From Octopus sinensis (lineage: Eukaryota), in the NCBI RefSeq assembly GCF_006345805.1, contig NC_043014.1:15252001-15316000 (forward strand): a stretch of 64,000 nt of DNA, read 5' to 3'. The position numbers were made by a program, and so were the translations under genes. This document shows positions 24,543 to 36,481 of the stretch, piece by piece; position 1 is the first letter of the stretch, and each line of letters starts with the position of its first letter. Under the pieces are notes generated by a model. It had not been told where the DNA came from and did not search any database. It was given only the letters and a program-made list of their open reading frames with translations.

Positions 24543-25100
24543 TGCACATGGTAAAAGTGGCAAGGCAATTTGAAATTGCAAGCCATTCTGCTGATTGGCT
24601 GGTCTTACTCTCTGTCACTATTATTACTGTTAATGATGATGATGATGATGATATCCTACAGTTAGTTTCCTTCAACAAAACAATCACCTCTTTACATTAT
24701 CTGCCTTTGTGAAACACCCGTCTCAGCTGCAGCGACAATCTAGAAAGTTTTTCATGGTGACTCCACACACACACACAGACACACACACATACATAAACGC
24801 ACACATTGTGGTATTTATAGAAATAGGAAAATAAAATTTGTTTCCTTTTTTTCTCAGTGTCACATGAATTAACATTTCAATTAACCAAACATTAGCAAAA
24901 AGTGGTGGTGGAGGGAGGGCAGAGGCTTTTGGTCACTCCTGTTCTATATCACACACATATACACTTATATTAATTAATGTGTGTGTGTATGTGTGTGTAA
25001 ATTATGTACAACAATAAAAAAAAAAGACTTAAATTTCATACAGACATGCCATCAATATAACACGCTTAACCTTTTAGCATTCAGATCACTTTATTAAATG

Positions 25101-25457
25101 TGTGTGGTAAGTAGCTTGTTTACCAACCACATGGTTCCGGGTTCAGTCCCACTGCGTGGCACCTTGGGTAAGTGTCTTCTACTATAGCCTCAGGCCGACC
25201 AAAGCCTTGTGAGTGGATTTGGGAGACGGAAACTGAAAGAAGCCTGTCGTATATATATATATGTGTGTGTGTGCGTGTATGTTGACAACCGATGCTGGTG
25301 TGTTTATGTCCCAGTCACTTAGCGGTTCGGCAAATGAGACCGATAGAATAAGTACTGGGCTTACAAAGAATAAGTCCCGGGGTCGAGTTGCTCGATTAAA
25401 GGCGGTGCTCCAGCATGGCCGCAGTCAAATGACTGAAACAAGTAAAAGAGTAAAGAG
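25101..25457 (+). mobile_element. SINE family A, young, inserted in a probable piggyBac-type MITE beginning ttaacctttt at ~25067
   Basis: Near-consensus family A sequence. Confidence 0.9.
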
Positions 25458-25857
25458 TATTTGTTCACATTGTTTTGAATTAATCATGCATTATCTCATA
25501 GCTTTGAAATTTCGATGTGACAGTTAAGTTTTAGAATGATATTGTAGGGTAGGTGTGAGAGGCCAGACCCAGCTTCTTTTGTCTGTAAAATATATTACTT
25601 TCCAGTAAAATAAAGTCCCATAAGGGTAGAAGTATACATATAAAAACAGTTGAGTGGTACAACAAGGCACCAATATTTTACTGAATGTTCTTCCTAAAGG
25701 TAAGACAAATTTTTCATGTTTGTTGCACACACACGTCTTTGCTACTATATACGCAGTGAAGCTTTACAATACCGTCGTATTTGTATCGATTGCTATTTTC
25801 CAGTAAATATTGGTGCCTTATCGGTTTTTAAATGTAGTCAGTCCACCTGTGCATACC

Positions 25858-26392
25858 TTACTTGTTGGGACACAAAACTCTACTTGTAAAGACCTGTTGA
25901 GGCAAGTGAAAATCAAAATCGAAATCGATCAACATCAATGGAATTTGCAGTTGTGATACCAGTGCCGGTGGCACGTAAGAGAACCATCTGAACGTGGACG
26001 TAGCCAGCGCCACATCGCCTGGCCTTCGTGCCGGTGGCACGTAACAAACACCATCCGATCATGGCCATTGCCAGCCTCACCTGGCCCTAGTGCCGGTGGC
26101 ACATAAAAAGCACCATCCAAGCGTGGCCGTTCACCAGCCTCGTCTGGCACCTGTGTCGGTGGCACGTAAAAAGCACCCACTACACTCACGGAGTGGTTGG
26201 TGTTAGGAAGGGCATCCAGCTGTAGAAACACTGCCAGATCTGACTGGGCCTGATGCAGCCTTCAGGCTTCCCAGACCCCAGTTGAACCGTCCAACATTTC
26301 TACGGCTGGATGCCCTTTCTAACGCCAACCACTTCATGAGTGTAGTGGGTGCTTTTTACGTGCCAGGGGAGGCTGGCAAACGGCCACAATCG
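25858..26392 (+). mobile_element. Long family C element with four ggcacgtaa subunits, plus an inverted fragment at 26298-26392
   Basis: ggtggcacgtaa or close variant at ~25968, 26034, 26096 and 26158. Confidence 0.85.
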
Positions 26393-26814
26393 GATAATCT
26401 GAATGTTAAAGGGTTAAACACTGAAAGGCTATGGGGCTCTATCAAAATAAAATAGTAATGAAAGGGGTCCATAGATAAAAAAAATGGTCGAAAACCCCTG
26501 GGCTACACCAATATTGCACCTTGTAAATTGCACTTAGTTGTTCAGACTAACTGTGGTATATGCCACAAGTCTGCCAATGACAATACAGTACCCCTACCAA
26601 CAGCAACAGCAGCAATACTAAATTGACTGCTTTGATTCTGGCACTGTTGCGCTGTCAGGTGTCACATAAAAAAAAAATGTCACGAACAGGTGTGGAGTGG
26701 GGGGGGGGCAAAACAAGTGAGACTTTCAGCAATGGTAACCCCCCCTACTACCTTCAAGTCAAAATATGCTATCCCATTAGTTAAAGGTACACCTTGCCAG
26801 CTGCAATCGTTATA

Positions 26815-26999
26815 GTAGTAGTATCAGCATTATTATTATTATCATTATTATTATCATTATCATTATTATTATCATCATTATTATTATTATTATCATTATT
26901 ATTATTATCATTATCATTATTATTATCATCATTATTATTATTATTATCATTATTATTATTATCATTATCATTATTATCATTATTATTATTATCATTATC

Positions 27000-27054
<55 letters not shown>

Positions 27055-27105
27055 GTAGTAGTAGTAGTAGTAGTAGTAGTAGCAGCAGCAGCAGCAGCAG
27101 CATTT
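26815..27105. repeat. Long (ATT/ATC)n then (AGT)n(AGC)n trinucleotide array
   Basis: Directly visible; source of poly-L/I ORFs. Confidence 0.95.
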
Positions 27106-28031
27106 TTTTTTTTGGCTGATGGATGCTACTCCTTGTCAGGTTACATCTCTTTTTACATTTGGCAACATGTCCCTCTTGACAGACAAACACAACTCTAAGT
27201 CTTCAAGTCTTTGTGTAACAAGGTGGAGACGGGTGGGCTGGGATGGGCAGACAGAAAGTGGAGGACAGGAGGGGAGGACGGAGAAGTGGTGCGTGTGTGT
27301 GTGTGAGGAAAAGAGAGAGAGAGAGAGAGAGAGAAAGGGGGAGTTATGTCCAAGCCTAAGCAAGCTTGTCCCCTGGGTCAACAATCAGTGAGACAAAAGT
27401 GTCCTGGATGGTCCAGAGGAAGAGAGAAGGAGGCACAGCTGACCCTGAAAACATACCCAGCACACAAAGTGGGAGAGTGCAGGATGATACCAAATCAATT
27501 TGAAATGGAATGGAATTTCCATGAAATCTGGATATGGTCTGGAACTCAAAAAACTAAAGAAAGTCCTGGCGAAAGGCATGGCAGCTGAAACCAGCATGTT
27601 GTGAATATGGTTTGTAAAGGACTGCAAGTGGAACCCTTCTACAGGTGAACACAAGTTCAATCGTCACTGCCCCAAACAGGTGAAGCATACAGGCAAAGGT
27701 GGTGAAATTCTTGTGACCCTGAGATAGTCCATTGGCGACATGGAAGGGTTTTCAGCAATGCTGTTGATTTACAAAGAGCTTGCAAAACTGCTGAGCAGCT
27801 CCTGCAGTTTCTGTGGGCCAAAGCACCCCTGATGTTTAGTCCACCTGTGAAGAAAAGGATAAAGATTGGAGGAAGAGGAGAATGATGAGACAGGGGAGGA
27901 GTGGGGAACTGTAAGCTCAGTCCCACTGAGGTCAATTTTTACCATGAAAGGAGGACTTCGATGAGATTTGAACTTAAAACACAAAAGAAGCTGAAATAAT
28001 TGCTGCAAGACTTGTATATATATATGTATGA

Positions 28032-28080
<49 letters not shown>

Positions 28081-28090
28081 TACATATGTG

Positions 28091-28163
<73 letters not shown>

Positions 28164-28358
28164 TATTAATAAATTCCAGGGCAGCAAAAAAAATTTAGAA
28201 AATTTCTTTTCTTTTTTTTGCTATCTAGCGAGAAGAAAAAATTAGTCAATAGACTATATATATATATATATATATATATAGTCAATAGACTATATATTAT
28301 ATTATTATATGTATATTATTCATATAAAATGTACACCTTTTTTCTTTCAATTTTCTAG

Positions 28359-28402
28359 CATAGTGTATCTTGGAGTACATTAGCCAATGTGTTGCATGTC
28401 CA
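28359..28402 (+). other. Candidate 44-nt exon
   Basis: cttttttctttcaattttctag| ... CCA|gtaagt; open frame HSVSWSTLANVLHV; protein not recognised. Confidence 0.2.
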
Positions 28403-29355
28403 GTAAGTTCAGTCATCAATTCATGGTTTTTTTCTTTCTTTTGCAATTAGATGGTTTTTAACTATTAATGGTGGGACAATATGGATATATTTTCTCAGTA
28501 AATTTTCCTCACGGTGAACATTCTTCATGGTGAATTGATGGCGGTGAACTTACCTGTAATCTATGTGTTGCTCCATTGTAAAACCCAGTCAGTTTGCGAT
28601 GTGAAGAAAGTACGGTTGCTATTTCTAGCAGACAGAGCAAAGGAGGGAGGCAGATGGCAGAGAGAGGAAAGAATAGCTTCGAAACAGCTGTATAATGGAA
28701 AGTATCACGTCTAACTGGTTGTTATGTTATTCTATCTTTGGTGGTGGTGGTGGTGATGGTGGTAGTGATGATTGTGTGATGATGTTGATAGTTATAGTGA
28801 TGGTAATGGTAGAAGTGGTGGCAATGGAGGTGGCTGGTGAAAGTGAAGTGGGTGATGAAAATGGTAGTGGTAGTGGTACTGGTGGAGGTGATTGAGGGAG
28901 AAGTGGAGGGAAACGTATAATTATAAATACAGAGAGAAGGAATGGGGTGGCGAGGAGGGTGAAACTAACTAAATATTGTCTAGGAAGTTTATCAACATTC
29001 TGTGTGCGTGCAAGCACACATGCGTGTATAAGCAATGGTGTGTATGTATAAGTTGCAATTATGATGGTGGTAGTGGCGGTGGTGTGTCTGTTGTGGGTAT
29101 GTCTTGTTTCTGTGGTTGTTGCTGCTGTTTAGCCCTAGGTCAGCTCTGAATAAGCAAACTTATGATCAATAGCATTATACCCATGACCATCCTTGTCTTT
29201 TATGCAGTTAACCCAAACTACACTGTCCAAATTGTGTTTTTCTTATTAAAAGGTACAATGTGATTTAAGAGAAATTTGGTTTCTATTGCTAGCAGGCTGA
29301 GCAAAAACAGGCTAATTAGCTTAATAATATGTGTGTATGTATGTGAATATATATA

Positions 29356-29685
29356 TATAATCAAAATAAGCAACAAGGATATCCATTACATCAATTTAAA
29401 ATGTAGAGCAATCTTCAGTTGCATAAAAATATAGAAATTAGTTAAATTCGAAGGACTCATTTGTATAATTCTTTATCCAAAATCACCAAGAGGATAAGGA
29501 GATTTTGGATAAAAAATAATACAAATGAGTCCTTCAAATTTAACTAAATTCTATATTTTTATACAGCTGAAGATTGCTCTACATTTTAAATTGATGTAAT
29601 GTTTGCATTGTTCAATTAAATGGAGTTGCATGAAACGACTGTACTGCATAACCTCTGGATATCCTTGTTGCTTATTTTGATTATA
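29356..29685. mobile_element. Penelope-like fold-back remnant (29-bp outer and ~100-bp inner inverted arms)
   Basis: 29385-29484 pairs with 29501-29600; 29356-29384 pairs with 29657-29685. Confidence 0.75.
29559..29651 (+). ncRNA. Type I hammerhead motif with long stem II
   Basis: ttatacag-CTGAAGA-ttgctc...gagttgcat-GAAAC-GACT-GT-A-ctgcataa; stem I 7/8 paired; 10.1-11.1 is a T.T mismatch. Confidence 0.7.
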
Positions 29686-29811
29686 ATCACCTTATTTTGA
29701 AATTGTATGGATAATACCGTACTAAAGTCTGGTGCCTTCATCTTAAGTACCATATTCATCTGAATCTAAATTTTACTGAACTTATAATATATATAGACAT
29801 AGACACACATA

Positions 29812-30250
29812 CAGGTTGTCTCAAAAATGTGTATACTTAGAGAATGATTATAAAGTTTGCGTTTTATCAAAATACACTTCATTTTCCAAATTTAATAGAA
29901 TACACAAACTGAACTGAATTTTATCATGAACATCTGTTTTCAAAATGATGACTGTTCAGGTTCCAGACACTGCTGATAACATGGGTTGATGGAGTAGCAA
30001 ACATCAAGAAACATCTCATTCAATATTTGTGTGCATTGTTGTTCAATGTCTGCCCTCAGTTCATCGACTTTTGCTGATTCGTATGGTAAACTCCATCTCT
30101 CAAGCGTCCCCATAAAAATGTCCAGTGGTGTGTGAGGTCTGGTGAATACAGAGGGTATATTCTACTGAACCTCTTCATCCAAACCACCTGTTCAACAAAA
30201 TCTTATCAAAATAGGTCCTTACAGTAGTGTAGAGGTGCCCCATCTTACTG
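29812..30250 (-). pseudogene. Tc1/mariner transposase C-terminal relic, DD41D (rosa-like) type, with right TIR
   Basis: Q*DGAPLHY..VRTYFDKILLNRWFG*RGSVEY..YSPDLT..FLWGRLRDGVY..VDELRADIEQ; TA|caggttgtctcaaaa terminus at 29810. Confidence 0.7.
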
Positions 30251-30415
30251 TATGCATGGACATAGTCATTCTTGCATATAAGCAGGCATGTCCCCTGCGC
30301 CCCTCTTCAGCTGAGCATTCCTAATCTTGTGGGCTTGTGGGTACTGGTGCCCTGTATAAAGCACACATGCTGGTGACATGTAAGAGGCAACCATGCCAGG
30401 GCTGTGTAAGCCTTT

Positions 30416-30726
30416 ACTATAGCCTCGGACTGACCAAAGCTTTGTGAGTGGATTTGGTAGATGGAAACTGAAAGAAGCCTGTCGTATATATGTATATACA
30501 TATATATGTGTGTGTGTATGTGTGTTTGTGTGTCTGTGTTTGTCCCCCCAACATCGCTTGACAACCGATGCTGGTCTGTTTACGTCCCTGAAACTTAGCG
30601 GTTCGGCAAAAGAGAATAGAATAAGTACTAGGCTTACAAAGAATAAATCCTGGGGTCGATTTCCTTGACTAAAGGCGGTGCTCCAGCATGGCCACAGTCT
30701 AATGACTGAAACAAGTAAAAGAGTAA
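30416..30726 (+). mobile_element. SINE family A, 5'-truncated
   Basis: ctactatagcctcgg through acaagtaaaagag. Confidence 0.9.
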
Positions 30727-31024
30727 GGGTGGTGGTGTACCTTAAGGTCACATATTATTGAAAGGGGTGCAAAAGCAAACAGAATGGGGGGGGGAGAATC
30801 AGGGTGTAGAAAGCTAGAGGGAAGAAGAGTGGTGGGTTGGGTGAAAGCAGGGTGATAATAAGAAAGAGTGGCTGTTGCCAACAGCAACAAGAGCAACAGC
30901 AACAAGAACAACAACAACAGCAAGAGCATCTGTAACTATCTGTTATATAGAATTGGAATGATGATCAGTTCTGAGGAGGCCAAATATAGTTAAGGTGTTA
31001 TCTGACAGACTACCTGTCTGTCTG

Positions 31025-31460
31025 TATGTTGAAAAGAGAGGGGGAGAGAGAGAAGAGGAGGAGAAGAGAGAAAGAGCAAGAGACAAACATTTAGAGAGAA
31101 GAGAGAGAGAAAAGAGAAGATGGCAGGGATATAGAGAGAAGGAAAGGAAGAAAGGAGAGAGGAGGAAAAGAGAGATAGAGGAAAGAAAGAGAGAGAGAGA
31201 GAGAGGGGTGGAAAAGAGAAAGAGGGGAAGGAAAAGAGAGAGAAAAGAGAAGGAGATGGCAGAAATATAGAGAAGGAAAGGAAGAAAGGAGAGGAGGAAA
31301 AGAGAGATAGAAGAAAGAGAGAGAGAGAAAGAGGGGTGGAAAAGAGAAAGAGGGGAAGGAAAAGAGAGAGGAAAAGAAATGAGGAAGATGAATTTCTAAC
31401 TGAAAAGATAACCTGAGAAAGAAAGTGTGGGGGAACAGGAGGGAGAAAAGAAAACAAGGA
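31025..31460. repeat. Polypurine GA-rich tract containing a ~130-bp tandem duplication
   Basis: gatggcag...ggaaaagagaga unit at ~31118 and ~31254. Confidence 0.8.
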
Positions 31461-31878
31461 AGAGAAAACAGGTACTGAGCCGGTGGTGGTGGTGGTGGTG
31501 GTGGTAGTGGTGGCATTGAAAAGGCTAGCACTGCCACCACCACCACCACCACCACCATCAACACCATTGCCAGAAAGGGAAAAAGATAAAAAGGAAATTA
31601 AAAAAAAAAGGCTATATGTGTGTATCTGTTTTCTTTTGGATACCAGTAATGAAGTCACAGACAACATGACACACACACATACATACACACAATATATATA
31701 AACACACACACACAGACCACCAGCCATTCCAGAGTGAAGAAACACTTTAAAGCTAAGCACTTTTATAGACATGAAACCCTGGGTAACCCCATACACCGGC
31801 CATAACAATCTTTATCTAATTACTCTACTGCTTTATAACTTGTGTGTGCTTCTCTGTCAGATCTATAATTTACTGACA

Positions 31879-31919
<41 letters not shown>

Positions 31920-31929
31920 TCATTTATAC

Positions 31930-32404
31930 AGGCGCAGGAGTGGCTGTGTGGTAAGTAGCTTGCTTCCCAACCACATGGGTTCCGGGTTCATTCCCACTGC
32001 ATGGCACCTTGGGCAAGTGTCCTCTGCTATAGCCTTGTGAGTGGATTTGGTAGACGCAAACTGAAAGAAGCCCATCGTATATATATGTATATATATTTCT
32101 TTACTACCCACAAGGGGCTAAACACAGAGGGGACAAACAAGGACAGACAAACGGATTAAGTCGATTATATCGAACCCAGTGCGTAACTGGTACTTAATTT
32201 ATCGACCCCGAAAGGATGAAAGGCAAAGTCGACCTCGGCGGAATTTGAACTCAGAACGTAACAGCAGACGAAATACGGCTACGCAATTCGCCCAGCGAAT
32301 ATATATATATATATATATATATTCGCCCGGCGAATATATATATATATATGTGTGTGTATATGTTTGTGTGTCTGTGTTTGTCCCCCCCAACATCACTTGA
32401 CAAC
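31930..32404. mobile_element. SINE A (+) interrupted by SINE B (-, 32095-32295)
   Basis: A head 31930-32078, B copy in the internal (TA)n, A body resumes at 32350. Confidence 0.85.
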
Positions 32405-32797
32405 CTTTTCAAGACACAACAAAAATTTAAAGCACTAATAAGGCAAATAATAAGGCACTAAAAGAGAATAACTCTCCCCAGACACAACAAAATATATATG
32501 TATATATATACATATGTCAGCTTACAAGACATCAAATTGGAGTCCTCTTACTTAGTAAATCTGAACTTGTCTAGTCAATAACCAACTATAAGCACCGATC
32601 AAGTGATAGGGTATCTCATAATTGATCTGACTGATACACAATATTTTATAGAGTCTTTGTATTAAGATGATACTAAGAAACACAATATTAAGAAATACAA
32701 TGCCAAACCAGAAGGCCATTCTATACTCCAGTTATGAACTTTTCACCTTTAAAAAACCACTGATGCGATCAATTGCCTAAATTCAGTGATGACTAAC

Positions 32798-32806
32798 CTT
32801 TTGAAC
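32798..32806 (-). other. Candidate 9-nt microexon GTTCAAAAG
   Basis: ttttacattttgacactgcag|GTTCAAAAG|gttagt on the minus strand. Confidence 0.15.
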
Positions 32807-33584
32807 CTGCAGTGTCAAAATGTAAAATTTCTTTGAATAATCTTGTTATTAGAATATCATTTACATGTGTTTTAGTCTTAGGTAAACGCTTATAAATAAA
32901 TTTTATGTAACATGATACTGCAGGGAGATTTTTTCCTTGTTTATTTCAAAGTCCATTATATGTTGCCTAAAAATTCCCATGGCCTGTCACTGCTGATATA
33001 CATCACGGGTTCATTTTTACCAAAATTTTACTTAAACACTTAATATAATGAATTGTCAGACAAATACTCATCTTTCTTTTTTTTGGCCCCCATTTATATA
33101 TTTCCAATGTTATTTGGGTTGACATGAAAAATGTTTTTATCATAGGGTTTTGTGGTTTTGTTGTATCTTGGGAGGGTCACTATCCCAATAATCCAATAAT
33201 GAACACACACACTGGTTCAATTTCACTTCTTTATTATAAGCCAGCTGGTTACTTATTTGGCCAACTGACTAATCAATTGTTTGCTTAACCAGTCAGATAA
33301 ACAATCAATCAGTTATTTGCCAGGGTCCTTTCATTATCATTCACAACTTCATCAATGACACACCCTCTCTCCTTCAGGCCAGCCTTTCACTTTGGACTTT
33401 TGTTCATGATTTTCAAAATCTGACTAAATCTTACTTCTTTTCAGAAATATATGATGTTGGAGTACAAAGTAGAAAAAAAAAAAAAAAAAAAGGAATGAAT
33501 TTATCTGACAATCTAATATTTTGTGTATGAATATTTGGTTTAATCCTTCACTATTCAGATTTTTCTGTCAAATGTGAGGCATAT

Positions 33585-33681
33585 TTATTCTTTTATTTGT
33601 TTCAGTCATTTAACTGCGGCCATGCTGGGGCACCGCCTTTAGTCGAGAAAATCGACCCCAAGACTTATTCTTTGGTAAGCC
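33585..33681 (-). mobile_element. SINE A tail fragment
   Basis: ttgtttcagtcatt...gacttattctttggtaagcc. Confidence 0.75.
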
Positions 33682-33698
33682 TCATTTTATTTGTTGTT

Positions 33699-33744
33699 AA
33701 CACAATGTTTCAGCTGATATACTCTCTAGCCTCCTTCAGGTGTC
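33699..33744 (-). ncRNA. Decayed minimal hammerhead motif (inverted partner of 34107)
   Basis: gacac-CTGAAGG-A-GGCTA-gagagtatat-CAGCT-GAAAC-AT-T-gtgtt; A9 changed to G. Confidence 0.55.
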
Positions 33745-33794
33745 CTGGGGAAATTCCTAAGGTATATTTCGATATTATTATTATTGTTATTATT

Positions 33795-33872
33795 ATTCAG
33801 GTCAGTGCCTGGAATCAAACTTGGAATCTTGGGGTTAGTAGCCTGCACTCTTAACCACAATGCCATATGCCC
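33795..33872 (-). mobile_element. tRNA-like Pol III head with (AAT)n tail
   Basis: gggcatatggcattgtggttaagagtgcagg-ctACTaa-ccccaagattccaagtttgattccagg: A-box, 7-nt anticodon-like loop, decayed B-box; not a functional tRNA. Confidence 0.65.
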
Positions 33873-34106
33873 GTGGGCAATTAGGGAGTGAATTTTAGGG
33901 CTTATAAATCTAATATTTTCCTATTCTTCCTTGATACCAGTTTCCATATGCTGCTCATATCTGCACTCGGGTCTGCTTAGGAGGTTGTTATGTCCTAGCA
34001 TTTAAGCTGCTTCTTTTAGTTTTCGTATTTTCCAGTGGTGTTCTCTGTCTATAATTTTAACTTCATCCCACAGGGGAATGAGAACCCAGTTTCGAAATTT
34101 CCCCAA

Positions 34107-34152
34107 GACACCTGAAGAAAGCTGGAGGGTATATCAGCTGAAATGTTGTGTT
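34107..34152 (+). ncRNA. Minimal type I hammerhead motif in Penelope-like pLTR
   Basis: gacac-CTGAAGA-A-AGCTG-gagggtatat-CAGCT-GAAAT-GT-T-gtgtt; 5-bp stems I and II. Confidence 0.7.
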
Positions 34153-34204
34153 AATAACAAACAAGATGAGGACAAATATCTGTCAATTGTAAATAATGTA
34201 AATA

Positions 34205-34352
34205 ATTAGGAAGGGCATCCAGCCACAGAAACCATGCCAAATCAGACTGGAGTCTGGTGCAGCTCCCCAGCTTGCCAGCTCTGGACAAATCGTCTAACCC
34301 ATGCCAGCAAAGACAACAGATATTAAATGATGATGATGATGATGATGATGAT
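34205..34352 (+). mobile_element. Family C tail
   Basis: ttaggaagggcatccagcc...acccatgccagca...(gat)n. Confidence 0.8.
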
Positions 34353-34557
34353 ATATAATCAGGCAATAATCTGCATCGGCGAGACTCGAAAAAGTATAGA
34401 AAAAAGTGAAAGGGGTACAGTGAACTTGTCGTGAGGAGTGGAATATCCAATGTTCCGGATTCAATACTTCATCAGGGGGCAGAGAAAAAGAAAAAAAGTC
34501 AAAGTTTACATCCTCTTAGCTTCAAAAACCTGTCTACAACTCAATATATATATATAC

Positions 34558-34949
34558 ATTACTCTTTTACTTGTTTCAGTTATTTGATTGCGACCATGCT
34601 GGAGCACTGCCTTTAGCTGAAGAAATTGACCCCAGGACTTATTCTTTCTAAGCCTAGCACTTATTCTATCAGTATCTTTTGCTGAACCACTAAGTTTTGA
34701 GGACATAAACACACTAACATTGGTTGTCAAGTGATGGTGGGAGGGCAAACAGACACAAAGGCACACACACGTAAATATATATATACATGACGGGCTTCTT
34801 TCAGTTTCCATCTACCAAATCCACTCACAAGGCTTTGGTTGGCCCAAGGTTATAGTAAAAGACACTTGCCCAAGGTGCCATGCAGTGGGACTGAACCCGG
34901 AACCATGTGGCTGAGAAGCAACCTTGTTGCCACAGCCACTCCTGCACCT
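34558..34949 (-). mobile_element. SINE family A, full-length
   Basis: Collinear with family consensus. Confidence 0.9.
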
Positions 34950-35089
34950 ATAGTATATAAATATGTTTAATAATATACACAAGTTTACTGGTTTGATGAG
35001 CACAGCAATTGCAATTACAACACAAAAAGCCAAAATCAAGATCACATATAAAAATGCCAAACAATTTTATTGATCAACCAACTGACCAA

Positions 35090-35430
35090 CTGGACCACAG
35101 TTTATGCAAAGGCTTCATTCATGAATAATGTCGTTTTCCATACCTTACATTGTATGAAAAACCATGACTCTTCCTCTCCCTCACCCTCACACTGCTGAAT
35201 GGTTCACAAGGTTGGTTCATGACTAAAGAGTTTCCAGATTTGCCTCACAATGCGGCATTTTCTTGGTGTTGTGTTAGAGCCCTGATAGATGGGGGTCCTA
35301 GTTGAATTTCAATAGTGAGGCTTTTCTGTTATATTTGCATCATGCGGCTTCTACCTGACAGCTTTGCAAAGGGACCAAGTGTGTTTGGAATACTCAACCC
35401 CTTTACACACCAGTTCTATGAGTAAGTCGT
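35090..35430 (-). pseudogene. Possible Tc1-like transposase N-terminal relic
   Basis: Weak motif NTTPRKCRIVRQI resembling TTPRxDRxIVR; many stops. Confidence 0.3.
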
Positions 35431-35447
35431 TCAACGCTGATCAACCA

Positions 35448-35535
<88 letters not shown>

Positions 35536-36481
35536 TATATAAATATATATGTATCTATGCATGTATATATATATGTGTATACATATATATACACACACAC
35601 AAAGTAAGTATATATGTTTGTGTGAATTTGTGTTTGTCCCCCACCACCGACTAAACCATAAAACATAAAAGATAAATATATATATATATATACACATACA
35701 TACATGTACACATATATACACACGCATACATGCATACATACAATAGAAATATAGAAACTAAGTGTGTGTGTGTGTGTTTGTGTTTGCATAGTTAAGGTAA
35801 CGATGTTGACAAGTCGTGTTGAAGCAGTGATCGTACAGGTAAACAGGTATGAAATAATGACAAGGCCAGGAGAAAGAAAGAAGGTGGAGCTTAATTAGCA
35901 CAACTGTTCTTTGGCAACCCAGGTGTGAACACCTCTTTCACTTTTTCTCTCCAGCCACCACCACCACCACCACAGCTTACACCAGCACCCCCACAGCTGT
36001 CGCCCACATCATCACCCACCCACCCCCACCTCTCCTGCTATCACACCACAGCTATTGTAGTATATTGTTCAAGATCACAATTCGCTTAAAAGTATTTTCC
36101 AGCAGTATAAAAAGGTTGATTGACAGCATATTTTCTAGTACACACAATGTAGTAGTAGTAGTAGTATAGTAGTAGTAGTAGCAGCAGCAGCAACAGTAGT
36201 AACAGTTTCTATTATTAGCACAGGGAATGAGTATTAGAAACCCAATTAGAAAAAAAATTACAGTATTTGTTGGTATACGAGATGCAGTTTTTACCCCCTC
36301 AAGAAGTATCTAAAAAAAAATCACCCCAGGGCTAGTATGCGAGGGGGGTGCTGGAGAGTTCCTGGGTTTAAGGGTATTGCAAAAGGCCCGGTTGGAAGTC
36401 CAGCCTAGCCTCCCGAGTTCTTTTACTGGCCTTAGGAAAACTGAAGGGCTGCTGCAATAAGTGTGAATCTGAGAGGAGAAT

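Noticed and set aside
33795-33872. tRNA-Ser(ACT) gene
   Set aside because: Acceptor, anticodon and T stems do not pair fully, the B-box is decayed and it ends in (AAT)n; treated as a SINE-like head.
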